This document shows positions 19,462-29,320 of a stretch of 64,000 nucleotides of DNA, piece after piece. A model generated the notes under the pieces. The model did no database searches. It was not told the origin of the DNA and was given only the letters and a program-made list of their open reading frames with translations. The stretch comes from Sulfurimonadaceae bacterium (GTDB lineage: Bacteria > Campylobacterota > Campylobacteria > Campylobacterales > Sulfurimonadaceae). The DNA lies in assembly GCA_041596355.1 (NCBI GenBank), contig JBFHIS010000005.1:29430-93429 (forward strand), given 5' to 3'. Each line of letters starts with the position of its first letter. Position 1 is the first letter of the stretch. The position numbers were made by a program, and so were the translations under genes.

Positions 19462-20895
19462 TTAAGGCTGTATGACAGTGTTGGCAATTAACGTAACTGC
19501 CGTTTGTGCCAAGAGTCTGCCGTTGACTGTCGCACCGGTGTTTAACGTAATCGCTTTTTTTGCCAATACTACACCTTTGAAATCCGCTGTTGTTCCAAGA
19601 GAGACACCCGTACCTCCTGCAACTTGCCAGAAGATATTTTTAGCCAATGCGCCGCCGGCGAGAGTTACTATGGCACCATCGTCCACCGTAAGATCTGCGG
19701 CTATCTGGAAGATCCAGACATCGGTTGCGCTACCCGTGATAGTGACACCTGCATTTGTTATTAAAACACCTGCCGGTGCATCCCATTTGTAAAGTCCAGG
19801 AGTAAGAACCTTACCGCTTACATTACCTGCATACAGTTCAACATAATCAGGCAATGTGCGTCCGGCTGCATCATTATATGCAGTTTCCATGTCGAGTACT
19901 GCCGTTGTCATTTTAGCCGGATCTGTATCGGCTGCATAAATTTTGCCTGTTACTAAATCTGATGTTGCATATGTGCCGACAAGAGTCTGACTAAATCCTT
20001 CCAGAACACTTATAGCAGACGGGCTAAGGCCTATATCTCCTGTAATCGCCGTAGTGCCTGTGGTTGTTATTGTCGTTTTAGCAAGGATTACAAAACTTCC
20101 CGCTGTGCCGAGATTGACTGGCGCTAGAACTGGCGCTTCGGTCGTTCCTGTTGTAAAACTCCAAACCTTAACAACTGCTAAAGCATTTCCGGCTAAGTCT
20201 GTAACGCCAGTAGTGATTGTCGCATTGTATTCAGTGTTTATATTAAGGTTTGCAGTAGGATTGAAGATCATCGTGTTGCTTTCATAGCTTACTGTGCCAG
20301 CAACAGGTGTACCACCCATTGTAGTAGTTAATGTAAAAGTAGCTGAGGTGACAGTAGTAGGATCGAGTGTTTCACTGAAGAGGGCACTGACACTTCTGTT
20401 AATCGACACGTTTATATCACTGTTGTCAGGGTCTGTTGACGTCACTGTAGGTGCAGTAAGGTCTGTTGCTGTCCCTGTTGTAAAACTCCAGAAATATTCT
20501 ACTGCCATAGCATTACCGGCTACGTCCTTCACTCCAGTAGTGATTGTCGCATTATATTCAGTGCCGGCACTAAGATTTGCATCAGGATTGAAAAGCATTG
20601 CATTGTTAGCATAGCTCACTGTACCATCAACAGGTGTACTACCGGCTGTAGTAGCTAATGTAAAAGTAGTTGGGTTTACCGTGGAATCATCAAGTGCTTC
20701 ATTAAAGAAGGCAGCGATGCTTGTATTAAGGGTTGCGTTATTGTCACCTTGAACAGGAGCTGTAGATACAACGGTAGGAGCAGTAGAGTCTATAGTGTTA
20801 TTACTGTTATTATCGCTGCATCCTGTTGCAAAAATTGTCAGCATAAAGAGCATGGAGAGTAGCGCTGTATTTGAGTATTGTTTAAATATTTTCAT
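19462..20895 (-). CDS. surface lipoprotein with tandem Ig-like (SbsA/Big-type) repeats and a C-terminal ice-binding-like (DUF3494-type) domain
   Basis: Start moved to the ATG with an AAGGA RBS (MKIFKQY...). Lipobox FATGC. About 2.5 copies of a roughly 102-aa repeat (TAPTVxSTxP...GTVSYxxNxMxFNPxANL...EYNATITTGVxDxAGNAxAV). C-terminal LGTAGSFVILAKTTITTTGTTAITGDIGLSP block typical of DUF3494. Confidence 0.75.
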   Translation of the reverse strand: MKIFKQYSNTALLSMLFMLTIFATGCSDNNSNNTIDSTAPTVVSTAPVQGDNNATLNTSIAAFFNEALDDSTVNPTTFTLATTAGSTPVDGTVSYANNAMLFNPDANLSAGTEYNATITTGVKDVAGNAMAVEYFWSFTTGTATDLTAPTVTSTDPDNSDINVSINRSVSALFSETLDPTTVTSATFTLTTTMGGTPVAGTVSYESNTMIFNPTANLNINTEYNATITTGVTDLAGNALAVVKVWSFTTGTTEAPVLAPVNLGTAGSFVILAKTTITTTGTTAITGDIGLSPSAISVLEGFSQTLVGTYATSDLVTGKIYAADTDPAKMTTAVLDMETAYNDAAGRTLPDYVELYAGNVSGKVLTPGLYKWDAPAGVLITNAGVTITGSATDVWIFQIAADLTVDDGAIVTLAGGALAKNIFWQVAGGTGVSLGTTADFKGVVLAKKAITLNTGATVNGRLLAQTAVTLIANTVIQP

Positions 20896-21320
20896 TCGAT
20901 TTGTCCTTATAGACACGTTTTTAAAACGTAAATAATATGAATGTAAGATCCGTTACAATGGATAGGTACAAATTCTGAAAGTGTGTCAAACTTACAACTA
21001 GTGATGTATAAAAGAGTGACAATGTTATAAACCTAGCTTCTCTTAGAGTATTTGAAATCACTCTAGATAACTTCAGTGTAGTTGAAATATTATAATTAAT
21101 GGACTCTAATCAATATTAGTTTAAATTATAAGTAATTGTGAAGTAATAGATAGATATGACAGTGTAAATGACCAATAGAAACGCATTTGTGCGTTGAGTA
21201 TGATCACTTTTAAACTTATCTGTATTTAACTGGCTGTTTTGAGGCTGCCTAAACAAGAATCACTACATCAAAAAGATCAATAAAACCTTTATAAACAAGG
21301 GCAGCAATTGTAAATCGACA

Positions 21321-24158
21321 TTAACGTCGTCGTTTAGGTCTCTCTGCGGCGCCGCTCTTTCGATCGGCAATTCGTTTCTCCATATTCAACTTCTTGAAAC
21401 AGCTCTGACAGATAGAGTACTTGGTATCCAGCGGCAGCGGTTTTGTACACTGTCGGCATCGTGGGACAAAGTGGCTCTGTTTGAGAGAGTTCTCGATAAA
21501 GTTGTTCAGTTTTACACGCGTCTGTTTTGCTTTCTCGGCATCAAAAAAGTACTCTTCAAAACGGTAACTCAACCACAGGTAAAGTGAAATCTCCTTAACA
21601 TAGTCTTCCGCTTCCAGAAGCTCATCCGTACTGTTGGCAAAACTGCCGAGATTGGCAGGTGGGAGATAGGGAATGAACTCATCTTTTTCAAGAAGGTGAA
21701 GGTACCGTTCATATGCGGCTACAATATAAGGCGAACGCAGACTCAACGGTGCGCAGGCCAGGTGAAACTTGGTTGGAAGGTCAATGTCGTAACCATCGAC
21801 GATCTTGGCCGCCTCGACCATGTCTTCGAGGTTTGCTGCCCGAAAGGGGCCGTTAAACTTCATGTACTTGACAAAGAAATTGAGGATCTCTTCGAGCGAG
21901 TTCTCTTCGAGAATACCCCCGACAAGTTTGATGTGTTCAAGATTTGCCATGACATTAAAAGGGATCTTGATCGGCGGCGGCGTTTGTGCGAAGGTCTCTT
22001 TGAGCTGGTTGAGTACTTCGGGACGAAGTGAACCGACATACCCTTTTTCATGCATACCGTATCGTCCCGCACGACCTGCTATCTGCTGGACTTCTGTTGC
22101 TATGAGCGGGCGTTGGTTGACACCGTCAAACTTGTCTCCGCGGGAGAAGAGAATGGTCTTTATAGGGAGGTTGAGCCCCATTGCAATGGCATCGGTCGCG
22201 ACCAGTATATCTGTTTCACCTTCACGGAAACGGCGCGCCTCTTCGCGTCGTACTTCCGGCGAGAGGTTCCCGTAAACGACACTGACACGATAGTTCTTGG
22301 AGAGCTGTTGTTTGAGTCTAAGGACATTGGCCCGGGAGAAGGCGATGACGGCAGTTGCCGGCTCGATCTCGTTTATCGGCGTAGCATGGGTCAGCATCGT
22401 GAGCGGGTTCTTACGTTCGAATTCTATGATCTCAAGCGGCTCGTTGAGGTATTCGGCCAAGGCGACGATCGCTTCTCTACAGTTTGGCGAACCTGTCATA
22501 ATAATAGTCTTTGCCGGGGCGCCGATGATAGCATTGGCCCAGGCCCATCCCCGATCGCGGTCATCTATCATCTGCACTTCATCGATGACGCAGACATCGA
22601 CATCCATCTCAAAGTTCAGCATTTCGATCGTTGATGAGATGTGTGTCGCATCTTCATGAAGAAGCTGCTCCTCTCCTGTGATCAGAGAGCTTTCGACACC
22701 ATCCTTCTTCAGTGACTCATACCCTTCTAGTGCCAATAGACGAAGCGGTGCCAGATAATAACCGGTGTCGGCCTTTTCAAGTGTTTTCATGGCTTGATAG
22801 GTCTTACCGCTGTTGGTCGGGCCGATATGTAAGACAAGCTTGCGGCGCAGCTCACGTGCCAATGGAAAGAGGTTTTTAAAGTCACGAATCGTACGGGCGA
22901 GAAGCTGCTGACGCTGGTGTTTTAGAAGGGCGTCTTTGATCTCATCATGAAAACGGGCTAGTGTCCGTCTGACGATCTTTTTAGAGATCAGCAGATCGGA
23001 GTGGAGCTGAGGAAGTAATACATTGAGGACCTTTTCGGTCACCTCTTCATCACTCATCTGCAGAGTGGATGCAGCCTCTTTGGCGCTTTGCAGAAGCTCG
23101 GTAAATTCGCGGTGAAAATGGGCTTCGTGCTCGAGCTGCTCTCTTTGCAACTGTTCGTAAATGGTAAGTTCTTGCGCATTCCAGATAGCGAGGAGGGTCT
23201 CTTTTTTCGGCATCAGCAGGTGCAGTTCGTAAGGCAGTGTCTGTTTTGCATGCTCAGGGGTGAACTCGGCCTGAATACTCAGAATGATCTCTGTCATGGT
23301 CTGAGCAAGCCCGTTAAGCGGTATTAACGGCGTAAAGATCCGTTGTAAGACCGCATCAGTGAGGGTGATGTAGGTAACGTCTTCATTGGGTTCCGCCCGT
23401 TTGATCGCAGCGATGATCTCCTCTTTTGAGAGGTATGGGTGCGGGGAAGGAATGTTTTTCAGAAAGTTTGTCAGTTCCTCCTGTTTGCGTTTTGTTAGTG
23501 CTGTTTTCTCTTCTGTCAGTGCCGCAATGATCTCTTCGACAGGACGTTCCTGTAAAAAGCTGAAGGCGAAGGCCTTGGTACGCAGCGGTTGGATCTTGTG
23601 GAAGCTTTCACCTTCGATCTCATAAAGAAGAGAGGCGTTGTATTCCAGCCGGTTTTCAACGTCAAAGATACCCTGGACGCTCTTTTCTATCGTCGTCCGT
23701 TTCTTCTCAAAACGGATATGCTCGAGTTTGCTTTGGAGTTTATAGAGGTTGATCTTCTTGGTCCGCACATCCATAAATGCCTGATGGAGTTCGATCGCTT
23801 CTTCTTTGGTGATGTCTGGGATCTCCAGTAGAAGCTCTTCTATCCTCTCTGCACGCTCATCATGGTGGAGTCTTGGGTTAGCGGGAAGATAGGTCTGCTC
23901 GTTGGCTCTGAAAAACTCAACAATGTGCCGGCGTATCTCTATATCGGCCTCGGACCAGAGTGTGCGGAAGATACGCACCAGGTTTTTTTTGGAAAAGTTC
24001 TCTGTGACGATGCCGAGAGCCTGCGCAAGTTCTATAAGTGTTGCTTCACTTACACGCTCTATTCCTGCATCAAAACCGTCTTCGCCGAAATAGTGGCGAA
24101 TGGCCTGGTTTAATTTAATAAATTTTTTCTTTTTTGACATAGAAGAATAATAGCGCAA
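21321..24158 (-). CDS. Suv3-like SF2 ATP-dependent helicase with a roughly 440-aa N-terminal extension and a C-terminal zinc ribbon
   Basis: HIGPTNSGKTYQA Walker A (Suv3/SUPV3L1 signature); DEVQMIDD; SRANV; ATDAIAMGLNLP; QIAGRAGR motif VI; C-terminal CRQCTKPLP...CQSC; Lys/Arg-rich tail. Confidence 0.8.
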   Translation of the reverse strand: MRYYSSMSKKKKFIKLNQAIRHYFGEDGFDAGIERVSEATLIELAQALGIVTENFSKKNLVRIFRTLWSEADIEIRRHIVEFFRANEQTYLPANPRLHHDERAERIEELLLEIPDITKEEAIELHQAFMDVRTKKINLYKLQSKLEHIRFEKKRTTIEKSVQGIFDVENRLEYNASLLYEIEGESFHKIQPLRTKAFAFSFLQERPVEEIIAALTEEKTALTKRKQEELTNFLKNIPSPHPYLSKEEIIAAIKRAEPNEDVTYITLTDAVLQRIFTPLIPLNGLAQTMTEIILSIQAEFTPEHAKQTLPYELHLLMPKKETLLAIWNAQELTIYEQLQREQLEHEAHFHREFTELLQSAKEAASTLQMSDEEVTEKVLNVLLPQLHSDLLISKKIVRRTLARFHDEIKDALLKHQRQQLLARTIRDFKNLFPLARELRRKLVLHIGPTNSGKTYQAMKTLEKADTGYYLAPLRLLALEGYESLKKDGVESSLITGEEQLLHEDATHISSTIEMLNFEMDVDVCVIDEVQMIDDRDRGWAWANAIIGAPAKTIIMTGSPNCREAIVALAEYLNEPLEIIEFERKNPLTMLTHATPINEIEPATAVIAFSRANVLRLKQQLSKNYRVSVVYGNLSPEVRREEARRFREGETDILVATDAIAMGLNLPIKTILFSRGDKFDGVNQRPLIATEVQQIAGRAGRYGMHEKGYVGSLRPEVLNQLKETFAQTPPPIKIPFNVMANLEHIKLVGGILEENSLEEILNFFVKYMKFNGPFRAANLEDMVEAAKIVDGYDIDLPTKFHLACAPLSLRSPYIVAAYERYLHLLEKDEFIPYLPPANLGSFANSTDELLEAEDYVKEISLYLWLSYRFEEYFFDAEKAKQTRVKLNNFIENSLKQSHFVPRCRQCTKPLPLDTKYSICQSCFKKLNMEKRIADRKSGAAERPKRRR

Positions 24159-24351
24159 AAAGGGTATAGAATCACCTTGTTGATGGCAATCCTCGGAACA
24201 GCTTTTGCACTGTCATAGAGGTTGATAGCTGAATTATACGGCTGGAGCTGAAGTTTTAGAGATAACTATAAATCAAAGTGGCAACAGTAAAAAGCTTTGA
24301 TAAAATTTTCAAAATTAGAGGGAATTCTGCCAAGAACCCTAAGGTAACTAA

Positions 24352-24711
24352 ATGAACGATAATTTTCCTGACGAGTGGACACAAGAGCAGTTCCTGCGTG
24401 AAAAAGAGCGCCTTGAAAAAGAGGGGGTCAAAGTCCTGCTGATCGATACGATCCTGGCCCCGATAGAAAAGGCGGGTACCGTGGTCTATAACCCTCATGA
24501 ACTTAAAGACCAGCCCAAGGGTTCGGTCTTTGTCTTTTACTGTGACACCGGTAAAGCGACACTTGACCGTCTGAAAGAGTACCGTGCCAAATTCCCTGAT
24601 TACCACTGTATCTCTCTGCGGGGAGGGCGAGGTTACTGGCGTAAGAATATGCAGCTGCTTCCGGAGAGAGAAGCGGTCTGTGAAGAGTCAAAGGTTGTAG
24701 ATGAGTCATGA
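24352..24711 (+). CDS. hypothetical protein (possible rhodanese-like fold)
   Basis: 119 aa; FYCDTGKAT resembles a rhodanese active-site loop, but this is weak. Confidence 0.45.
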   Translation: MNDNFPDEWTQEQFLREKERLEKEGVKVLLIDTILAPIEKAGTVVYNPHELKDQPKGSVFVFYCDTGKATLDRLKEYRAKFPDYHCISLRGGRGYWRKNMQLLPEREAVCEESKVVDES

Positions 24712-25027
24712 CTATACAACAAATCTTGACCGCTTCGTAACCTGTCTTGAAGAGGAGCGTTTTTACGATGCCCATGAAGCGCTGGAAGAGATCTGGTTTC
24801 CGCGGCGCTTTGAAAATGACAAAGAGATGAACCTTCTAAAAGGATTTATCAACGCAGCGGTCTCTTTTGAGCTGACAAAGCGCGGACGTCCGGGCCCAGC
24901 TGCAAAAGTGTGGAAAAATTATGAGAAATACCGCCCGTTGCTCAATGCCTTCAGCTCGAAGAACACACCGTATTATGTGCGTTTGACGATGCGTGTCGAA
25001 GCGATGCGGACAGCGCGTTTGTCATAA
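24701..25027 (+). CDS. DUF309 family protein
   Basis: FYDAHEALEEIWFP signature; 108 aa; overlaps the upstream ORF by 11 nt. Confidence 0.6.
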   Translation: MSHDYTTNLDRFVTCLEEERFYDAHEALEEIWFPRRFENDKEMNLLKGFINAAVSFELTKRGRPGPAAKVWKNYEKYRPLLNAFSSKNTPYYVRLTMRVEAMRTARLS

Positions 25028-25082
25028 AAATATCATCTTCATTTGATATACTTTGTTGAGATAATTACGTTGGGAGTTTAAA

Positions 25083-25940
25083 ATGGCGGATATTAATAAA
25101 GTGGGCGAACAGATAGGGGTGAACCTTGATGTGAGCAAGTATTATGATCTGGCTATTCAGTATGCTGCTGAATACGGTCTGAAGATCATTGGTGCGTTGA
25201 TTATATTTTATGTCGGTAGATTGGTAGCCAAGGGACTTCGCGACCTGATCGAAAAGGCGTTGGTTCTTCAGAAAGTGGAAACGACACTTGTCCATTTTGC
25301 AAGAAGTTCGGTCTACTATGCGCTTATGGCGGTCGTCATCCTCGCAGCTATCGGAAATCTCGGTATTCAGACAACATCGTTTTTGGCGATACTCGGTGCC
25401 GCCGGTCTTGCCGTCGGTTTGGCCTTGAAGGACACGCTCTCCAACATCGGTTCTGCGGTTGTTATTCTGGTCTTCCGTCCCTTCAAGGTAGGCGATTATG
25501 TCCATGCAGGCGGGGCAGAAGGTACTGTTGACAAGATCAGTCTCTTTACGACGACGATCAGTCCGGTGGACAACCGGTTGATCATCGTACCGAACTCGGC
25601 CATCACTGCCGGAAATATTACAAATTTCTCTACCAAGCCTGTCCGTCGGGTAGACCATACTGTCGGTATCGCTTATGATGCAGACATTAGACAGGCCAAA
25701 GATGTTATGTATGACGTTATCGCCAAATCGAGTCACACGCTGAGTGATCCGGAACCGCTTGTGGCAGTTAAAGAACTGGGCGACAGCAGTGTAAACTTCA
25801 CCGTACGGGCATGGGTCAATTCGGCTGACTACTGGAGTGCTTACTTTGAGATAATCGAAGAGATCAAATACGCACTGGACGAAGCGGATATTACGATTCC
25901 GTTTCCGCAGATGGATATACATATGGACAGAGGAGAATAA
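25083..25940 (+). CDS. mscS: small-conductance mechanosensitive channel family protein
   Basis: 285 aa; three TM segments then a beta-domain typical of MscS (...GDYVHAGGAEGTVDKISLFTTTI...). Confidence 0.85.
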   Translation: MADINKVGEQIGVNLDVSKYYDLAIQYAAEYGLKIIGALIIFYVGRLVAKGLRDLIEKALVLQKVETTLVHFARSSVYYALMAVVILAAIGNLGIQTTSFLAILGAAGLAVGLALKDTLSNIGSAVVILVFRPFKVGDYVHAGGAEGTVDKISLFTTTISPVDNRLIIVPNSAITAGNITNFSTKPVRRVDHTVGIAYDADIRQAKDVMYDVIAKSSHTLSDPEPLVAVKELGDSSVNFTVRAWVNSADYWSAYFEIIEEIKYALDEADITIPFPQMDIHMDRGE

Positions 25941-25943
25941 GCG

Positions 25944-26699
25944 ATGAAAAAAATTGTAGGAGTGCTCTTTATTGCAGGTCTCTTAACCACACTGTTGGCA
26001 GGTGAAGAAGAGAACTTTGCAGCACATACCGAACTTAGCTACGCCAATACAGCGGGTAATACAGAATCCCAGGATGTTGCCGGTAACCTGAAGTTCAAAT
26101 ACCCGTTTTATCAAAACGCTTTCCGTTTTCAGGGGAATGTCCTCTATTCGACCAACAAAAATTTCGACACGAACGAGACGAGTACGACGAAAAACCGTTG
26201 GAATGCCGAGGCTAACTACGATTATAACTTTAACAAAAGTCTTGCCTTTAACTACATTCTTGGCGGAAAAGGCGATAAGTTCTCTACCTATGTCTACCAG
26301 GTCTATACCGGTCCGGGTGCGATCTGGACAGCATTCAAAAATGAGAACAATGATCTGAAGTTTCAAGGCAATATTATGTGGGCCTGGGACGAATACCGTG
26401 AGCCCTATGAAGCGGGTTCGCCTGATACGATGCATGAATATGCAGCGTATCAGCTCTCTATGGATTATATCCTTCAGATCACAAAGAGTGCCAAGTTTAT
26501 GCAGTACCTGATGTATCGTAGTGAATTTCAGGATTCAAGCAACTATTTTGTTAAATCCAAAACAGCGTTAGAGAGCAAGATAAACTCTATTTTTTCAATG
26601 GGTATGAGTTACACGGTAGATTACACCAACAACATAGCCCCGGATGTCCGCTCTAAAACGGACCGCGTTTTTCTGGCGTCGTTCATAGCTGATTTTTAG
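25944..26699 (+). CDS. DUF481 (YdiY-like) outer-membrane beta-barrel protein
   Basis: Signal peptide, Tyr/aromatic-rich alternating beta-strand pattern, C-terminal F. Confidence 0.6.
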   Translation: MKKIVGVLFIAGLLTTLLAGEEENFAAHTELSYANTAGNTESQDVAGNLKFKYPFYQNAFRFQGNVLYSTNKNFDTNETSTTKNRWNAEANYDYNFNKSLAFNYILGGKGDKFSTYVYQVYTGPGAIWTAFKNENNDLKFQGNIMWAWDEYREPYEAGSPDTMHEYAAYQLSMDYILQITKSAKFMQYLMYRSEFQDSSNYFVKSKTALESKINSIFSMGMSYTVDYTNNIAPDVRSKTDRVFLASFIADF

Positions 26700-26770
26700 C
26701 ATAATAATCCTAAACTCCCGTACAGCTTCGGCTGTTATAATTCTGCTCTATTCTAATTGAGCGGGTCACC

Positions 26771-27541
26771 ATGTTTAAGTACCTTATATTCTTTTTTATT
26801 CTTTTTTCCAACCCTATTTTTGCCGTTGTAGAGATCTACCCCAACGAGGTGGGCCTGCGTCCCGGTCTATCGGGCAGTGTGCAGCTCGCTATCAACAACC
26901 AGCGCGGCAATACCGATAAAGATGAACTCGATGCCACCGGACTCTTCTCTTATGACAACAATCGTTCCTACGTCACCTGGATCGATTTTTCATATGCTTA
27001 CGGGCAGGCTTCCGGTGTTGAAAATGAGAACAAGGCATATGCCCATTACCGTTTTTTACATACACTCTATTCGCCGGCTTGGAACTGGGAAGCGTATGTG
27101 CAGAACCAGGGGGATGATTTTCGTCATATTCAGCGAAGACTGCTGGGCGGTGCCGGTCTCAGATGGCGTTTTTACGAAAGTAAACCTTTTGGCCGTATTT
27201 ATGCCGGCCTTGGCGGGTATTATGAACATTTGAACTACACGACCGAGGTTGATCCGACAGAACGCAATGTCAGGATGAGCAGTTATCTCAGTTATACAAA
27301 AAAGCTGGGAAAAGATGCCAGGTTTAATGCGTCCGGCTACTTTCAACCGAAGATAAACGACTGGACAGACTACTATGTTCATTATGGCGCATCACTTTCT
27401 ATCTATATCTACGGTTCGTTGTATATCAAGGTGACACTGTTACATGCCTATGACAGCAGTCCCGCCGGCGGTATTGATAAGACCGATCTTCAGCAGACGA
27501 CCTCAGTGGGCTGGAAATTTGGTGCTAAAGCGGATCGATAA
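26771..27541 (+). CDS. DUF481-like outer-membrane beta-barrel protein (paralog of the preceding gene)
   Basis: Signal peptide ...NPIFAVVE; similar size and beta-strand pattern. Confidence 0.55.
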   Translation: MFKYLIFFFILFSNPIFAVVEIYPNEVGLRPGLSGSVQLAINNQRGNTDKDELDATGLFSYDNNRSYVTWIDFSYAYGQASGVENENKAYAHYRFLHTLYSPAWNWEAYVQNQGDDFRHIQRRLLGGAGLRWRFYESKPFGRIYAGLGGYYEHLNYTTEVDPTERNVRMSSYLSYTKKLGKDARFNASGYFQPKINDWTDYYVHYGASLSIYIYGSLYIKVTLLHAYDSSPAGGIDKTDLQQTTSVGWKFGAKADR

Positions 27542-28606
27542 GAGGGCGAGTCCGGCGACAAAAGCGGCATATAAAAAGAGCGAAGAGGGCCACAGCTCAT
27601 AGATATAACCAGAGGTGATCGCCCCTATAAATCCACCCAGCCCATAAGAGATACCGAAGAAAAACTGTTGTGCAAGCTTACGTTCACTGTACACTTCGTA
27701 TAAGTAGCTGATCGCTGCGGTGTGAAAAAGGGCAAAGCTGAAGGCGTGCAGGCTCTGTGCAAAGTAGAGCACAAAGAGGTTGTCGGGAAAGAGATAGGTC
27801 AACAGCCACCGTATTACGGTGACCAGCAGGGAGAACTCCAGAAGTTTTAGGAGGTTGCGTCTGAGCAACGGGCCTTGAAAATAGAAGAGTACGATCTCGG
27901 CGATCACTCCGAAACTCCAGAGATAGATCGTGGTCTCAAGAGAGATGCCGTGCGCGGTCTCGTAGATGGTGAAGAAGTTATAAAAGGGTCCGAAACTGAC
28001 CTGCATAAGTGTCAGGCCCAACCAGAGCGGCCAGTGTGCAAGAAGATCAAGATGTTTGCCTGCAATACTTTCCGGTGCTACCACTTTTTTATTGTCCAGA
28101 TGGGCAATAAGATATCCGAACAAAACGGTGGAAGTGATGACGGCAAGTAAAAAGATCAGTGCTGTCGTCGGTACATCTAAAAATTCAACCAAGACGAGAG
28201 CGACCAGTATAAAGCCTATAGAGCCAAAGAGACGGACCCTTCCATAGGACTCTTTACCGATCAGTGTAAGGGCGATCACTTCGATGTAAGGCAAGATAAG
28301 ACTCATTCCTATTGCCATTGCGATATTGCTGAAGAGAAGGGGCCAAAAGTTCTCTAATGTCAGAAAAAACGAGATGCCGGCAAGCAGCAGTAGTCCAAGG
28401 GCGCTGTTAAAGGTTCTTAGGTCAAGTTTGATGCCTTTTAAAAAGAGAAAGGGGAGTCCGAAACGTACCAGTGGTCCGGCGGCAAAGATAATACCGATCT
28501 CAGACGGGCTGTAGCCGACCATGAAGAGTACTTTAGGCAAAAAGATGACATAGATCGCAATAATAGAAAAGTAGAAGAAGTAGAAGGTTGCGATCAGTGC
28601 TGTCAT
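27503..28606 (-). CDS. MFS-type transporter
   Basis: 367 aa; about 12 hydrophobic segments; its 3' end overlaps the convergent upstream gene, so the true stop or start may differ. Confidence 0.65.
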   Translation of the reverse strand: MTALIATFYFFYFSIIAIYVIFLPKVLFMVGYSPSEIGIIFAAGPLVRFGLPFLFLKGIKLDLRTFNSALGLLLLAGISFFLTLENFWPLLFSNIAMAIGMSLILPYIEVIALTLIGKESYGRVRLFGSIGFILVALVLVEFLDVPTTALIFLLAVITSTVLFGYLIAHLDNKKVVAPESIAGKHLDLLAHWPLWLGLTLMQVSFGPFYNFFTIYETAHGISLETTIYLWSFGVIAEIVLFYFQGPLLRRNLLKLLEFSLLVTVIRWLLTYLFPDNLFVLYFAQSLHAFSFALFHTAAISYLYEVYSERKLAQQFFFGISYGLGGFIGAITSGYIYELWPSSLFLYAAFVAGLALLSIRFSTKFPAH

Positions 28607-28611
28607 AATGG

Positions 28612-29121
28612 TTAGAACGATTTGTAAATAATTGCGGTACGGCTGATGAGGTCCGGCAGCATACGTTTGTCGGGCCGCATCAATCCCCAGAGGTAACCAA
28701 AAAGTAAAAGTGAGAAAAAGTAGCCGAAAAAGCGAGTAATAAGCTGCAGGTATGAAGCACGTTCAAGGCTGACTGCATCAACGATCTCAATACGTGCCAT
28801 CTTCATGCCGGGCGTCTGTCCTGATATTTTCCAAAAGAGGACAAAGGCAGTTATAAAAAGAGTGAATTGTATTATTGAAGCCAGGGGGTTCGGTGCCTGT
28901 TCTTGTGCCTTTTGTGTCTGCATCAGGGCATCACTGAAACCGGCACTCTGTATCTGCTCATACCCAAAAAAGATCATGATAATAATGGTAATGGGGATAC
29001 CGATCATAAAAATGTCGGTTGTAAAGGCAAGCGTACGGCTCCAAAATCCTGCATAATGTACGTCCGGCTTGTCTTTTGCAGCTGTAATATTTTTTTTCTG
29101 TTTTATCTCTCGCCATCGCAT
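28612..29121 (-). CDS. RDD family membrane protein
   Basis: 169 aa; the Arg-Asp-Asp-containing N-terminal segment GFWSRTLAFTTDIFMIGIPI is typical of the RDD family. Confidence 0.65.
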   Translation of the reverse strand: MRWREIKQKKNITAAKDKPDVHYAGFWSRTLAFTTDIFMIGIPITIIIMIFFGYEQIQSAGFSDALMQTQKAQEQAPNPLASIIQFTLFITAFVLFWKISGQTPGMKMARIEIVDAVSLERASYLQLITRFFGYFFSLLLFGYLWGLMRPDKRMLPDLISRTAIIYKSF

Positions 29122-29320
29122 GAGCGCATTATAGCACTCTTTGCCCTGAAATAGTTGGTTAACGGGTGGTAAATGTTTACAATTGGTTAGTCTCTATAGC
29201 TTATACTTTTACTACCTCAATGATTGAGATTGTTGAGTTTTTCATTTTACACACTCCTTAAATTCAAAGTTTGTCCGGGTTTCTTTCATTTTCCCGTGAC
29301 CAACGCTCCTCATTTTTACA

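Noticed and set aside
25065-25922. 285-aa minus-strand ORF exactly mirroring the MscS gene
   Set aside because: It is an antisense shadow ORF; the + strand product has a clear MscS architecture.
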